Assembly (NCBI GenBank): GCA_043825875.1
Contig: JBDRRF010000116.1
Coordinates: 1 to 64,000 of the forward strand
Source: Pseudomonadota bacterium
Lineage (GTDB): Bacteria > Desulfobacterota > Desulfobacteria > Desulfobacterales > RPRI01
Direction: 5' to 3'
Length of the DNA stretch: 64,000 nucleotides
Part shown: one piece after another, positions 10,913 through 20,182 of the stretch
Layout: every line of letters starts with the position of its first letter
How positions within the stretch are numbered: position 1 is the stretch's first letter
Notes under the pieces: model-generated
The model's database searches: none
What the model saw: only the letters and a program-made list of their open reading frames with translations
What the model was told of the DNA's origin: nothing
Position numbers and translations under genes: made by a program

Positions 10913-12581
10913 ACATCTTATGAAGAAGCCTTTTTATGGCGATAACACTACAGCACCAGGGATTATAGAAGAAGCTGTTCATCTGCTGCGCCTTGATCCC
11001 TTTAAATTATTGCTTCCGTATTATATCGGCGGCATACCATTTATACTCGGCCTCCTTTATTTCTGGAGTGACATGAGCAAAAATCCTTTTGCAAAAGACT
11101 ACTGTTCGGCAGCTTCATTGGGCCTTGCTTGCCTTTTTATCTGGATGAAGTGCTGGCATTCCGTTTTCGCCATAAAGATATATGAAAGCCTTGGCAGGTT
11201 TGAACCAATACGCTGGTCATTTCTAAAAATCATCCGCATTGTTGCTGTGCAAACAATAATACAGCCATCGGGCATTTTAATGTTTCCGGTTGCGCTTCTT
11301 ATTACACTTCCGTATCCATGGGTATATGCTTTTTACCAAAATGTTCTGGTTCAGGATTATGGACAAACAAAAACCATAAAAGAAATTATCAAAGATACCG
11401 GAGAACTTACAAAATATAACCCCAGACAAAATATTTTTGTAATTTTTGTACTGTTGCTTTTTCAGTTGTTTGTACTGTTAAATATAGCTATCATCATATA
11501 TATTTTGCCATATCTTATAAAAATGCTATCAGGAATTGAAACAGCCGCAACAATGGGTGGCTACAGCTATGTAAACAGTACTTTTCTTGTAACTGTTGTT
11601 TGTCTTACATATTTGTGTGTAGATCCATTAAAAAAGACAATCTATGTCCTTCGCGGATTTTACGGTGAATCGATAAAAACCGGAAAAGATCTGATCGCAG
11701 ACCTTAACATAATAAAATCAGGCTTTAAAAAAGCAACTCTTTTGACATGTTTTATAATACTTCAAATCGTAGTTTATACCAGCATTTCCCATGCAACTCA
11801 AATTCCGGCTAAACAATTTAATATAAGCGCTTTTTCAAATATTGCGCCTGAAGAATTAAATTCTTCTATACAGGAAGTTTTAAGCCGGAAAGAATTTGTA
11901 TGGAAGCTGCCAAGAGATAAAAAAATCAAAGATACCAGACCCGGTATCTTCGACTCATTTTTCAAATGGCTAAAGCCTTACTGGGATGATTTCAAAGATA
12001 CTCTTAAAAAATGGTTTGATGCTATAGTAAAATGGCTTAAAAACATTATGCCGGATTCAAAAATAAAATTTGACTCCGAAAAAAAATCCCAAAGCAGTAC
12101 GACCCTCATCATTTTGTATGCATTGCTTGCCATTGCGCTGATTCTTTCAATTATTTATCTCATAAAAATAAAATTAAAGTGCCGCAAAAACAGCCCTGAG
12201 CCTGAAACAACTTCTGTTATTACTTTAGATGTATCCGATGAAACCATTCGTGCAGATGCTCTTTCTACAAACCAGTGGCTTGAAATGGCAAAAGAATTTT
12301 TGGAAAAAGGAGAATTGCGCCTGGCAATCCGGGCCTTTTACTTAAGCACGCTTTCATCTCTTTCCGAACATAGCTTTATTTCAATCGCCAAATATAAATC
12401 AAACAAAGAATATGAATACGAGCTTGCAAGACGCGCTCATGAAAATAAAGAAATGGTTCTGGAATTTAAAGAAACAGTAAATTATATCGATAAAATCTGG
12501 TATGGCATGGTTCCTGTTAAGATAGAAGATATTGATAAATTTTGTGAAATACAAAATAGGATAATTGGTTTTGCGAAATAA
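10881..12581 (+). CDS. Polytopic membrane protein with C-terminal DUF4129-like domain (start uncertain)
   Basis: Many TM segments; C-terminal GELRLAIRAFYL...KSNKEYEYEL...WYG; upstream of DUF4350-MoxR. Confidence 0.75.
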   Translation: MKEQYGKIFGKHLMKKPFYGDNTTAPGIIEEAVHLLRLDPFKLLLPYYIGGIPFILGLLYFWSDMSKNPFAKDYCSAASLGLACLFIWMKCWHSVFAIKIYESLGRFEPIRWSFLKIIRIVAVQTIIQPSGILMFPVALLITLPYPWVYAFYQNVLVQDYGQTKTIKEIIKDTGELTKYNPRQNIFVIFVLLLFQLFVLLNIAIIIYILPYLIKMLSGIETAATMGGYSYVNSTFLVTVVCLTYLCVDPLKKTIYVLRGFYGESIKTGKDLIADLNIIKSGFKKATLLTCFIILQIVVYTSISHATQIPAKQFNISAFSNIAPEELNSSIQEVLSRKEFVWKLPRDKKIKDTRPGIFDSFFKWLKPYWDDFKDTLKKWFDAIVKWLKNIMPDSKIKFDSEKKSQSSTTLIILYALLAIALILSIIYLIKIKLKCRKNSPEPETTSVITLDVSDETIRADALSTNQWLEMAKEFLEKGELRLAIRAFYLSTLSSLSEHSFISIAKYKSNKEYEYELARRAHENKEMVLEFKETVNYIDKIWYGMVPVKIEDIDKFCEIQNRIIGFAK

Positions 12582-13791
12582 CAAACTGTCTTTTATATTC
12601 TTTGTTATTATCATCTCTGTTCTTATTTTTGGAATATTCAGGTTGTTTGCTGTAAGATTTGAGTCCGGCGATATTTATCCTGTTTACTCCACATTAAGAT
12701 CCGATCCATTAGGCTGCATGGCCTTTCACGACTCTTTATTAAATTTGAAATCTTTAACAGTTAAAAGAAATTATACTCCAATAATAAAAACAAAATCCAA
12801 TAATAATTTTGTTCTATTTTATTTAGGGATGCAACCTTCTTCCCTATACGGTATGCCAAAATCACACTTTGAAGCTCTTAACAGGTTTGTATTATCAGGA
12901 GGTCGTCTTGTTATAACCTTAGTGCCTATAAATAGAAATTTTATTCCCCGCGCAAACACAAAGAGTAAAAATAAAGATACTGAAAAACCCAAAGAAAATG
13001 AAAAAGAGGATAAACTAACAATTGATAAGTCGATTTCACTTTTTAAAAAATGGCAATTTGCATTTGATACTAAAAATTTAAATTCTAAATCCAACAAGAA
13101 AAGCTCTAAACAAAAATTTCCCATGTCTCACTGCCCTTTTGGCAATGTTTCATGGCACTCAAAATTGATATTAACAGACCTTTTGAAAGAATGGGAAGTT
13201 ATTGCAACAGTAGATGATGACCCTGTAATTATCGAAAGAAAATACGGAAACGGATCAATAATAATATGTACTGACACTTATTTTATCAGCAATGAAGGGC
13301 TAAGAAATGAAAGTACACCGGCGCTATTAACATTTATGATCGGTAAAAACAGCAATATCATCTTTGATGAAGCCCATTTGGGAATTCGAAAAAATCCCGG
13401 GATCACATCTTTGATACTAAAATATAATCTTTACGGCCCGGTGATAGCTTTATTTGTTTTTGCTATATTATTTATCCGGAAAAATTCTTCCCATTTTTTG
13501 CCGCCTTTTGACACTGTAAAAGCACCCCAGGTTTCTGCAAGGGATCAATCTTCAGGTTTAATCAGCCTGCTTAAGCGCAATATTAATAAAGATAAATTAT
13601 TAAATGTTTGCATTAACGAATGGGAAAAATCTTTTGCTTCAGGCCATAAGTATTCAAAACATAATATGGAATTATTAAAAAAAATAAGACAAACGGTTCA
13701 AACAAAAGAAGATTTTACAAAACCGGCTATCGAGCCGGTTGAAGGATATCGCAAAATCTTCAAACTACTATCGGAAGGGAAAAACAGATGA
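12565..13791 (+). CDS. DUF4350-like membrane-anchored protein
   Basis: N-terminal TM, YSTLRSDPLG, FVLSGGRLVI, YGNGSII, FDEAHLG, second TM; immediately before moxR. Confidence 0.72.
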   Translation: MVLRNNKLSFIFFVIIISVLIFGIFRLFAVRFESGDIYPVYSTLRSDPLGCMAFHDSLLNLKSLTVKRNYTPIIKTKSNNNFVLFYLGMQPSSLYGMPKSHFEALNRFVLSGGRLVITLVPINRNFIPRANTKSKNKDTEKPKENEKEDKLTIDKSISLFKKWQFAFDTKNLNSKSNKKSSKQKFPMSHCPFGNVSWHSKLILTDLLKEWEVIATVDDDPVIIERKYGNGSIIICTDTYFISNEGLRNESTPALLTFMIGKNSNIIFDEAHLGIRKNPGITSLILKYNLYGPVIALFVFAILFIRKNSSHFLPPFDTVKAPQVSARDQSSGLISLLKRNINKDKLLNVCINEWEKSFASGHKYSKHNMELLKKIRQTVQTKEDFTKPAIEPVEGYRKIFKLLSEGKNR

Positions 13792-14753
13792 ATGCCGACA
13801 CTGATAAACTTGCAAAAGTGCTTGAGCTTATAAGACAAGAAGTTTCCAAAGTCATTATAGGTCAGAACCATGTGATTGATAAGTCGCTGATAGCAATTTT
13901 TACAGGCAACCATGTGCTTATAGAAGGAGTTCCGGGTATTGCAAAAACTCTTCTTGTCAGAACATTAGCCTTTGTCCTTGGTTGCGATTTTTCAAGAATT
14001 CAATTTACGCCCGATTTAATGCCAAGTGATATTACAGGAACTAATGTATTCAATATCAAAGACAGCACTTTTTCTCTGATTAAAGGCCCTGTGTTTACCA
14101 CATTTTTGCTTGCGGACGAAATCAACCGCGCACCGGCCAAAACCCAGTCAGCGCTGCTTCAGGCCATGCAGGAAAAATCTGTAACCATTGATAATGATAC
14201 TTACAACCTTTCTCCATATTTTACAGTATTTGCTACGCAAAACCCGATTGAATATGAAGGCACATATCCATTACCTGAAGCTCAAAAAGATCGGTTTCTC
14301 TTCAAAATAACAATGGATTACCCAGATCGTGACGAAGAATTGATTTTAGCAAAAAAAATGCTTGGAAATGATTCTCCTGAAGAGATACTTGCGGCAGGGG
14401 CTGTTAAACAGGTACTTACTCCCAAATTGCTTGATAAGCTTCGGCAACTTTTAACCGGTATAATTATTCGTGAAGAATTAATAGATTACATTGTTGAGAT
14501 AGTAAGAAGCACTCGAACAAACCAGTCAATAATGATAGGTGCCGGGCCCAGAGCCACCCAGGCACTGATTCAGGCAAGCAGGGCTTTTGCTGCAATAAAT
14601 GGAAGGGATTTTGTAACTCCTGATGATATAAAATATCTGGCTGTACCGGCTCTTGAACACCGGATAATTTTAAGGCCTGAATATGAAATAGAAGGATTAA
14701 CCATACAGGAAGTAATTAATACAATATTACAGGATATTGCTGTGCCGAGATGA
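13788..14753 (+). CDS. moxR: MoxR family AAA+ ATPase
   Basis: HVLIEGVPGIAKT, RIQFTPDLMPSD, LADEINRAPAKTQSALL, ATQNPIEYEGTYPLPEAQKDRF. Confidence 0.96.
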   Translation: MNADTDKLAKVLELIRQEVSKVIIGQNHVIDKSLIAIFTGNHVLIEGVPGIAKTLLVRTLAFVLGCDFSRIQFTPDLMPSDITGTNVFNIKDSTFSLIKGPVFTTFLLADEINRAPAKTQSALLQAMQEKSVTIDNDTYNLSPYFTVFATQNPIEYEGTYPLPEAQKDRFLFKITMDYPDRDEELILAKKMLGNDSPEEILAAGAVKQVLTPKLLDKLRQLLTGIIIREELIDYIVEIVRSTRTNQSIMIGAGPRATQALIQASRAFAAINGRDFVTPDDIKYLAVPALEHRIILRPEYEIEGLTIQEVINTILQDIAVPR

Positions 14754-16138
14754 ACCTGATTCCAACCAGCAGACTTCTATTTTTATTTGCAGTCATATGT
14801 ATTCCGTTTACAATACTTGCATCTGTGATTTCCTCAGCAACAATACTCTCCTATGCAATTATCATTGTTTTTGTTTTGGCTGCTGTAGTTGACGCCATTT
14901 TCTCTGTTCGTTTATTTGATGGTATCCGGATAGAATGCAATGAATTGGTTAGAATGTCTGTGGGCAGGTCTTCTGCAATTAAAATTATAATTAAAAATGA
15001 TGCAGCACAAAATGGGCCAATAAGATTAGGGCTTTTGTTTCCGGATCAATTATTTTCAGAAAATCAGGATATCTTTTTTAATCTTTCTTCCAAAGAGATT
15101 AACAGCGCCCTAACATGGCCTGTTAAGGGTTTAAAAAAAGGGCAATATCTGTTAAATAAATGCTACCTTGAGAAAAAATCTCTTGCAGGCCTGTGGGCAA
15201 AACGCACGACCTTTCCTATTTACTGCGAGATAAGAGTTTATCCTGATCTTTTTTCAGAAAACAAACTTCTTGCAGCATTATCCGCAGATAGAAGCATGGG
15301 AGCACACGCAAGAAGGCAAATCGGAAAAGGCCGTGAATTTGAAAAACTAAGAGACTATAATCCAGGAGACAGTTATGAAGATATCCACTGGAAAGCAACA
15401 GCAAAACGTAGCTTGCCGGTCACAAAAGTCTTTCAGGTGGAACGAACCCAGGATATCTATGTCATGATTGATGCATCAAGGATGAGCGCACGAAATGCCC
15501 ATATTTTTAACAATGGTCTGCTTGGAAAAGAAAGAAGATCTGCTGATAATAATAGTAGCATATTTCCGCAAGAAACGATTTTAGACAGATACATTACTGC
15601 TGGTTTGATGATCGGCAAAACTGCCGAAAAACACGGCGACAATTATGGGATAGTACTTTTTTCAGATCGGGTCAGCCTTTTTATAAAAGCAAAAAGCGGA
15701 AAGGCTCATTATAATGTATGCAGAGATTCTCTTTATAATGCCGATCCGAATCGTGTAACTCCGGATTTTCGTGAATTATTTACGTTTGCCGGTACACGGA
15801 TAAGAAAAAGAGCTTTAATGATCATTTTAACAAGCCTTGATGACCCTGTTATGGCTGAAGACTTTATAAAACACATCCATATATTAAGCAGGTATCATTT
15901 AATTATGGCAAATATGATAAAACCGGCCGCTGCTAATTCAATTTTTTCATCTTCCGATATTATGTCTATAAACTCTATTTATCAGGATCTGGGAGGCCAT
16001 ATCGTGTGGAACCGGTTAAGGGAGCTGAATGTTTCCCTTACAAGACATGGGGCCGATTTTTTTCTTCTGGAAAGTCGCAGATTGTGCTCGCAATTGATCT
16101 CAAATTATATCGATATCAAGCAAAGACAAATATTATGA
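14750..16138 (+). CDS. DUF58 (vWA-like) protein with N-terminal TM helices
   Basis: GREFEKLRDYNPGD, IHWKATA, IDASRMS; ATGA overlap with moxR. Confidence 0.9.
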   Translation: MNLIPTSRLLFLFAVICIPFTILASVISSATILSYAIIIVFVLAAVVDAIFSVRLFDGIRIECNELVRMSVGRSSAIKIIIKNDAAQNGPIRLGLLFPDQLFSENQDIFFNLSSKEINSALTWPVKGLKKGQYLLNKCYLEKKSLAGLWAKRTTFPIYCEIRVYPDLFSENKLLAALSADRSMGAHARRQIGKGREFEKLRDYNPGDSYEDIHWKATAKRSLPVTKVFQVERTQDIYVMIDASRMSARNAHIFNNGLLGKERRSADNNSSIFPQETILDRYITAGLMIGKTAEKHGDNYGIVLFSDRVSLFIKAKSGKAHYNVCRDSLYNADPNRVTPDFRELFTFAGTRIRKRALMIILTSLDDPVMAEDFIKHIHILSRYHLIMANMIKPAAANSIFSSSDIMSINSIYQDLGGHIVWNRLRELNVSLTRHGADFFLLESRRLCSQLISNYIDIKQRQIL

Positions 16139-17142
16139 TCATAGATTTAAACAATTTTATCAAAGAAGAACAGCCTTTCTGGTCCGAACTGGAAGAAAAA
16201 CTGGAAAAGCTCGATAAAGATGCAGGGTTTTCTTTTGATCTGTCAGGGGTTAAGAGATTTCATTATTTATATCAGCGCGCATCTTCCGATCTTGCCAAAA
16301 TAATGAATTTTTCAGCAGAGCAGGATATTAAAGTCTATCTTGAATCACTTGTCGCAAGAGCGTACTCCGAGATTAATGAAAGCAGGAAAAATACTGAAAA
16401 ATTTAATTTCTTAAAATGGTTGTTTAAAACTTTCCCGCAAACATTCCGCAAACAGATAGCAGCATTTTGGATATCTCTTGCAATAATGTCTGCCGGAAGC
16501 ATCTTCGGTATTGCGGCAATTGCATTTGATACAGACTCAAAAGAAATTCTTATGCCGTTTTCCAATCTTATGATTGATCCGTCCGAACGTGTGGCAAAAG
16601 AAGAAAGCGCCAAAGAAGACCGGATGGCGGGACATAAATCATATTTTTCAGCACAACTGATGACCAATAATATCAGGGTTTCAATTTTCGCGATGGGACT
16701 TGGCATAACATGGGGAGTTGGAACAATTCTTGTTCTTTTTGTAAATGGAACTATGCTGGGAGCTGTAATTGCAGACTATGTTCTGGCTGGAAAAACCAAA
16801 TTTTTACTAGGCTGGCTTTTACCGCACGGTTCTGTTGAGATTCCTGCCATTCTTATCGCCGCACAAGCTGGGCTTGTTATTGCAGGAGCTTTAATCGGAT
16901 GGGAAAAACCTATTTCATTGCGGCAACGTTTAAGAGAAATTTCTTCTGATATTGTAACCTTAATCGGAGGAGTATCGGTAATGCTTATCTGGGCCGGCAT
17001 TATTGAGGCTTTTCTTTCCCAATATCACAAACCGGTTATTTCTTACGAATTAAAAATCGCATTTGGCATAGTTGAGCTGATTCTCTTGATATTATTTCTT
17101 TCATTTTCAGGAAGGCAAAATTTTAAAAAATCAACTTTATGA
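16135..17142 (+). CDS. SpoIIM (stage II sporulation protein M)-family membrane protein
   Basis: LYQRASSDLA, MTNNIRVS, NGTMLG, LLPHGSVEIPAI, AGIIEAF; ATG at 16135 overlaps DUF58 stop. Confidence 0.88.
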   Translation: MIIDLNNFIKEEQPFWSELEEKLEKLDKDAGFSFDLSGVKRFHYLYQRASSDLAKIMNFSAEQDIKVYLESLVARAYSEINESRKNTEKFNFLKWLFKTFPQTFRKQIAAFWISLAIMSAGSIFGIAAIAFDTDSKEILMPFSNLMIDPSERVAKEESAKEDRMAGHKSYFSAQLMTNNIRVSIFAMGLGITWGVGTILVLFVNGTMLGAVIADYVLAGKTKFLLGWLLPHGSVEIPAILIAAQAGLVIAGALIGWEKPISLRQRLREISSDIVTLIGGVSVMLIWAGIIEAFLSQYHKPVISYELKIAFGIVELILLILFLSFSGRQNFKKSTL

Positions 17143-17906
17143 ACGAAAAAAAAACAAACACATTAAGAATTGTAACTCCGGAAGGCGTGGTGTTTTCACT
17201 GCTTCTGGCCGGGCCTGTCACACGTTTTCTTGCCTGGCTGATTGATTTGTTTTGTATTATGTTAATTGCCAAAGTTGCAACAACTGTATTAAGCGCTTTT
17301 TTTATATTCAGTGCTGATTTGAAAACAGCAGCCATTATGCTTTCTTACTTTGTTATTTCAATCGGGTATTCGATACTTCTTGAATGGTACTTAAACGGAC
17401 AAACACTTGGAAAAAGGCTTTTTAAATTAAGAGTTATGGATGTTAACGGCCTGCGTCTTAAACCAGGCCAGATTATCATCAGGAATCTACTCCGCTTTGT
17501 AGATGCACTACCCGCTCTTTACATGGTCGGAGGGCTTTCGGTTCTTATATCAAAACATGCTCAAAGACTGGGAGATATAGCGGCCAATACTATTGTTATT
17601 CGCTCATATGAACCCCAAAAACCCGACTTTGCACAAATCTTTTCGGATAAATATAATTCTTTCAGAAATTACCCGCATATCGGAGCAAGGCTTCGCCAGA
17701 ACACAAGCCAGGTTGAAGCAGATATAGGTCTTCAGGCTCTTTTAAGACGCGAAGCAATGGATCCAGTTGCAAGAGTTGAACTCTTTACACAAATTGGGTA
17801 CCATTTCAAAACTATAGCTAAATTTCCCCAGGAAGCAACAGACGGTTTATCGGATGAACAATACACAAGAAATGCGGTAGATATACTTTTTCGCTATGAT
17901 GGTTGA
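17139..17906 (+). CDS. RDD family protein
   Basis: TPEGV, LAGPVTRFLAWLID, GQTLGKR, RNLLRFVD, QRLGDIAANT. Confidence 0.9.
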   Translation: MNEKKTNTLRIVTPEGVVFSLLLAGPVTRFLAWLIDLFCIMLIAKVATTVLSAFFIFSADLKTAAIMLSYFVISIGYSILLEWYLNGQTLGKRLFKLRVMDVNGLRLKPGQIIIRNLLRFVDALPALYMVGGLSVLISKHAQRLGDIAANTIVIRSYEPQKPDFAQIFSDKYNSFRNYPHIGARLRQNTSQVEADIGLQALLRREAMDPVARVELFTQIGYHFKTIAKFPQEATDGLSDEQYTRNAVDILFRYDG

Positions 17907-17951
17907 ATTTTATACCTGAATTTATCCGGGCATCACTATTTTTTCAAATCC

Positions 17952-18338
17952 TTACTTATCCACAAATTCCACTATAACATTTTGGAGATTAGGGATATTG
18001 TCTATATTAAAGGCGGTTTCGAATCTTCCGGCTTTGCCATGCTGAAAAGATCTTTGATCATTAACAGTGGCTTCTACATACCCTACTACTTGATCTTTAC
18101 TATCTTTTAAATATATTATTACATATCCTTTTACAGGATGATGACTTAAGTTTTTTATCTTTCCGTAGACAAGCACATTACTACCGTTATCTTGCAATTC
18201 AGCAACAAGATCTTCCACTTCATAAACAGGAGCAGAAAAAGTAAAAGTATTCTTACGTGTATTGCTTCCCCCAAAAGCACTTATGCCAAAAGCAAGGACT
18301 AAGATAAGAGAAACCGTAACAAGAAGTTTTATTCTCAT
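17952..18338 (-). CDS. Exported protein, FxLYD-like domain
   Basis: Signal peptide; VYGKIKN...IYLKDSKDQVVG pattern. Confidence 0.6.
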   Translation of the reverse strand: MRIKLLVTVSLILVLAFGISAFGGSNTRKNTFTFSAPVYEVEDLVAELQDNGSNVLVYGKIKNLSHHPVKGYVIIYLKDSKDQVVGYVEATVNDQRSFQHGKAGRFETAFNIDNIPNLQNVIVEFVDK

Positions 18339-18622
18339 GGGTTCACCTGTAAGTTTTAAGCATTATATTTGTATAATGAGAACCGGTTGTTTGCTGCTGA
18401 TCAAATCCAATAAGCCTAATAATTCAACATCAGTTCAATATTTCTTATTATAGGTTTGTGCAAAAAATGTCAACCTGTTACTTTATACAATATCCCAAAT
18501 AATTATATCGGCAAAAGCTTATTTTGATTAAATATTAATATTTATGCCAACCTGTGGTCAAAGATTATTATAACAGAAATAATTATTGGGAAGAGTAGTT
18601 TCAATAAAATAATCAATGCTCT

Positions 18623-18787
18623 GAGCCAGTTTCAAAACGTCCCATTTTGGCCGATCTCTGCGTTGGGTAAAAATTTTGCACTTTAGTGAAGCTTTAGCGC
18701 TATCCTCGAAATACTCCATGTATTCCTGCGGTTAAAATTTTTACCCGCCTTGACCTTGACCAAACTGAAACATTTTAAAAGTGGCTC
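18623..18787. repeat. Long-hairpin MITE/REP-like repeat, copy 2
   Basis: GAGCCAGTTTCAAAACG...CATTTTAAAAGTGGCTC; abuts stop codon of the glcD-like gene; has a ~22-bp internal insertion relative to copy 1. Confidence 0.85.
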
Positions 18788-20167
18788 CTATGTAAACATT
18801 TTACCGGGATTTAATATCCCTTTAGGATCAAAAAGATTTTTTATCTTTTTCATAAGTTCTATTTCAACAGGGCCTATCTCCTTGGCCATATATGCTGCCT
18901 TTGTAATGCCTACGCCATGCTCTCCGGAAATTGTGCCTCCCAGTTCAATAGTATAATCAAACAATTCTTCAATAGCTGTTTCGGCCTTCTTTAAATCCTT
19001 ACTGTTTTTCTTATCAAGCATTATATTAAAATGTATATTCCCGTCACCGGCATGTCCAAAACTTGCAATGGTCAGACCGGTTTTATTTCTCATTGAATTT
19101 ATCTTTTGCACCATATCCGGGATTTTACTCCTTGGAACCACGATATCTTCATTAATTTTATCAGGAGCATATGTAAACAATGCGGGTGATATTGACTTGC
19201 GGGCCTTCCAGATTAAAGCGGCCTCTTCTTTTGATCCGGCGATTCTGACATCTTTTGCTCCAAGCGATATACAAAGCTCTTGTAGTTGTTTTATCGAGGA
19301 TTCAGCCTCATCTGATCTTCCGTCAACTTCTATAATAAGAAGTGCTTTAGAATCAGCCGCTATTGCTGTCCCAAGATATTTTTCAACACATTTTATGGAT
19401 TCCTTATCCATAAATTCGATAGTTCTTGGAACAATGCCTTGCCTTATGATTTCAGAAACGGCTTTGGCTGCTTTATCAAGTTCAAGAAATGATGCGGTCA
19501 TAGTTTTTACTGATTCCGGAAGAGATAAAAGCTTTACAGTTATTTGTGTGATTATCCCCAAAGTCCCCTCAGAACCTATTAAAAGACGTGTCAAGTCATA
19601 CCCAACCACACCCTTGGCTGTTTTCACTCCGGTCTTAATAACCTCTCCGGTTGGAAGAACCGCTTCAAGACCTAGCACATAATCGCGGGTCACGCCATAT
19701 TTTACAGCTCTGGGACCTCCTGCACATTCTGCAAGATTTCCGCCTAAAGTCGAAAATTCCGAGCTGGAGGGATCGGGAGGATAAAAAAGATTAAACTTTT
19801 CGACTTCTCTGTGAAATTGGGCAGTAATAACCCCAGGTTCAACTGTTGCGGTAAAATTGTCCCTGTCAATTTCGATAACATGTTTAAAGCGGTTCATGAC
19901 AATAACCACTCCGCCCATAACAGGAACAGATCCACCGGTCATCCCTGAACCTGAACCTCGTGGTATTACAAAAAAACCATCAAGGCTTGCAAGCTTTAAT
20001 ATGCTTGAAACTTCACTTGTATTTCCAGGAAATACTACAGCATCAGGAAGATATCTGTTTGCTGTGCCATCGTAGGAATAACAGATGAGATCTTCTTTTG
20101 ATCTGCTGCAATATTTTGGACCAGCTATATCCTGGATCTTTTTATAAGAGGAATTTTTTAAGACCAT
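18788..20167 (-). CDS. glcD: FAD-linked oxidase, GlcD/D-lactate dehydrogenase family
   Basis: PRGSGSGMTGG, YPPDPSS, GGNLAECAGGPRAVKYG, GHAGDGNIH, ISGEHGVG, LNPGK. Confidence 0.85.
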   Translation of the reverse strand: MVLKNSSYKKIQDIAGPKYCSRSKEDLICYSYDGTANRYLPDAVVFPGNTSEVSSILKLASLDGFFVIPRGSGSGMTGGSVPVMGGVVIVMNRFKHVIEIDRDNFTATVEPGVITAQFHREVEKFNLFYPPDPSSSEFSTLGGNLAECAGGPRAVKYGVTRDYVLGLEAVLPTGEVIKTGVKTAKGVVGYDLTRLLIGSEGTLGIITQITVKLLSLPESVKTMTASFLELDKAAKAVSEIIRQGIVPRTIEFMDKESIKCVEKYLGTAIAADSKALLIIEVDGRSDEAESSIKQLQELCISLGAKDVRIAGSKEEAALIWKARKSISPALFTYAPDKINEDIVVPRSKIPDMVQKINSMRNKTGLTIASFGHAGDGNIHFNIMLDKKNSKDLKKAETAIEELFDYTIELGGTISGEHGVGITKAAYMAKEIGPVEIELMKKIKNLFDPKGILNPGKMFT

Positions 20168-20182
20168 AAGAAGATATGAATG

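Noticed and set aside
17956..17964. Perfect DnaA box TTATCCACA (also at 42951)
   Set aside because: Isolated copies inside coding sequence with no cluster; not evidence of oriC.
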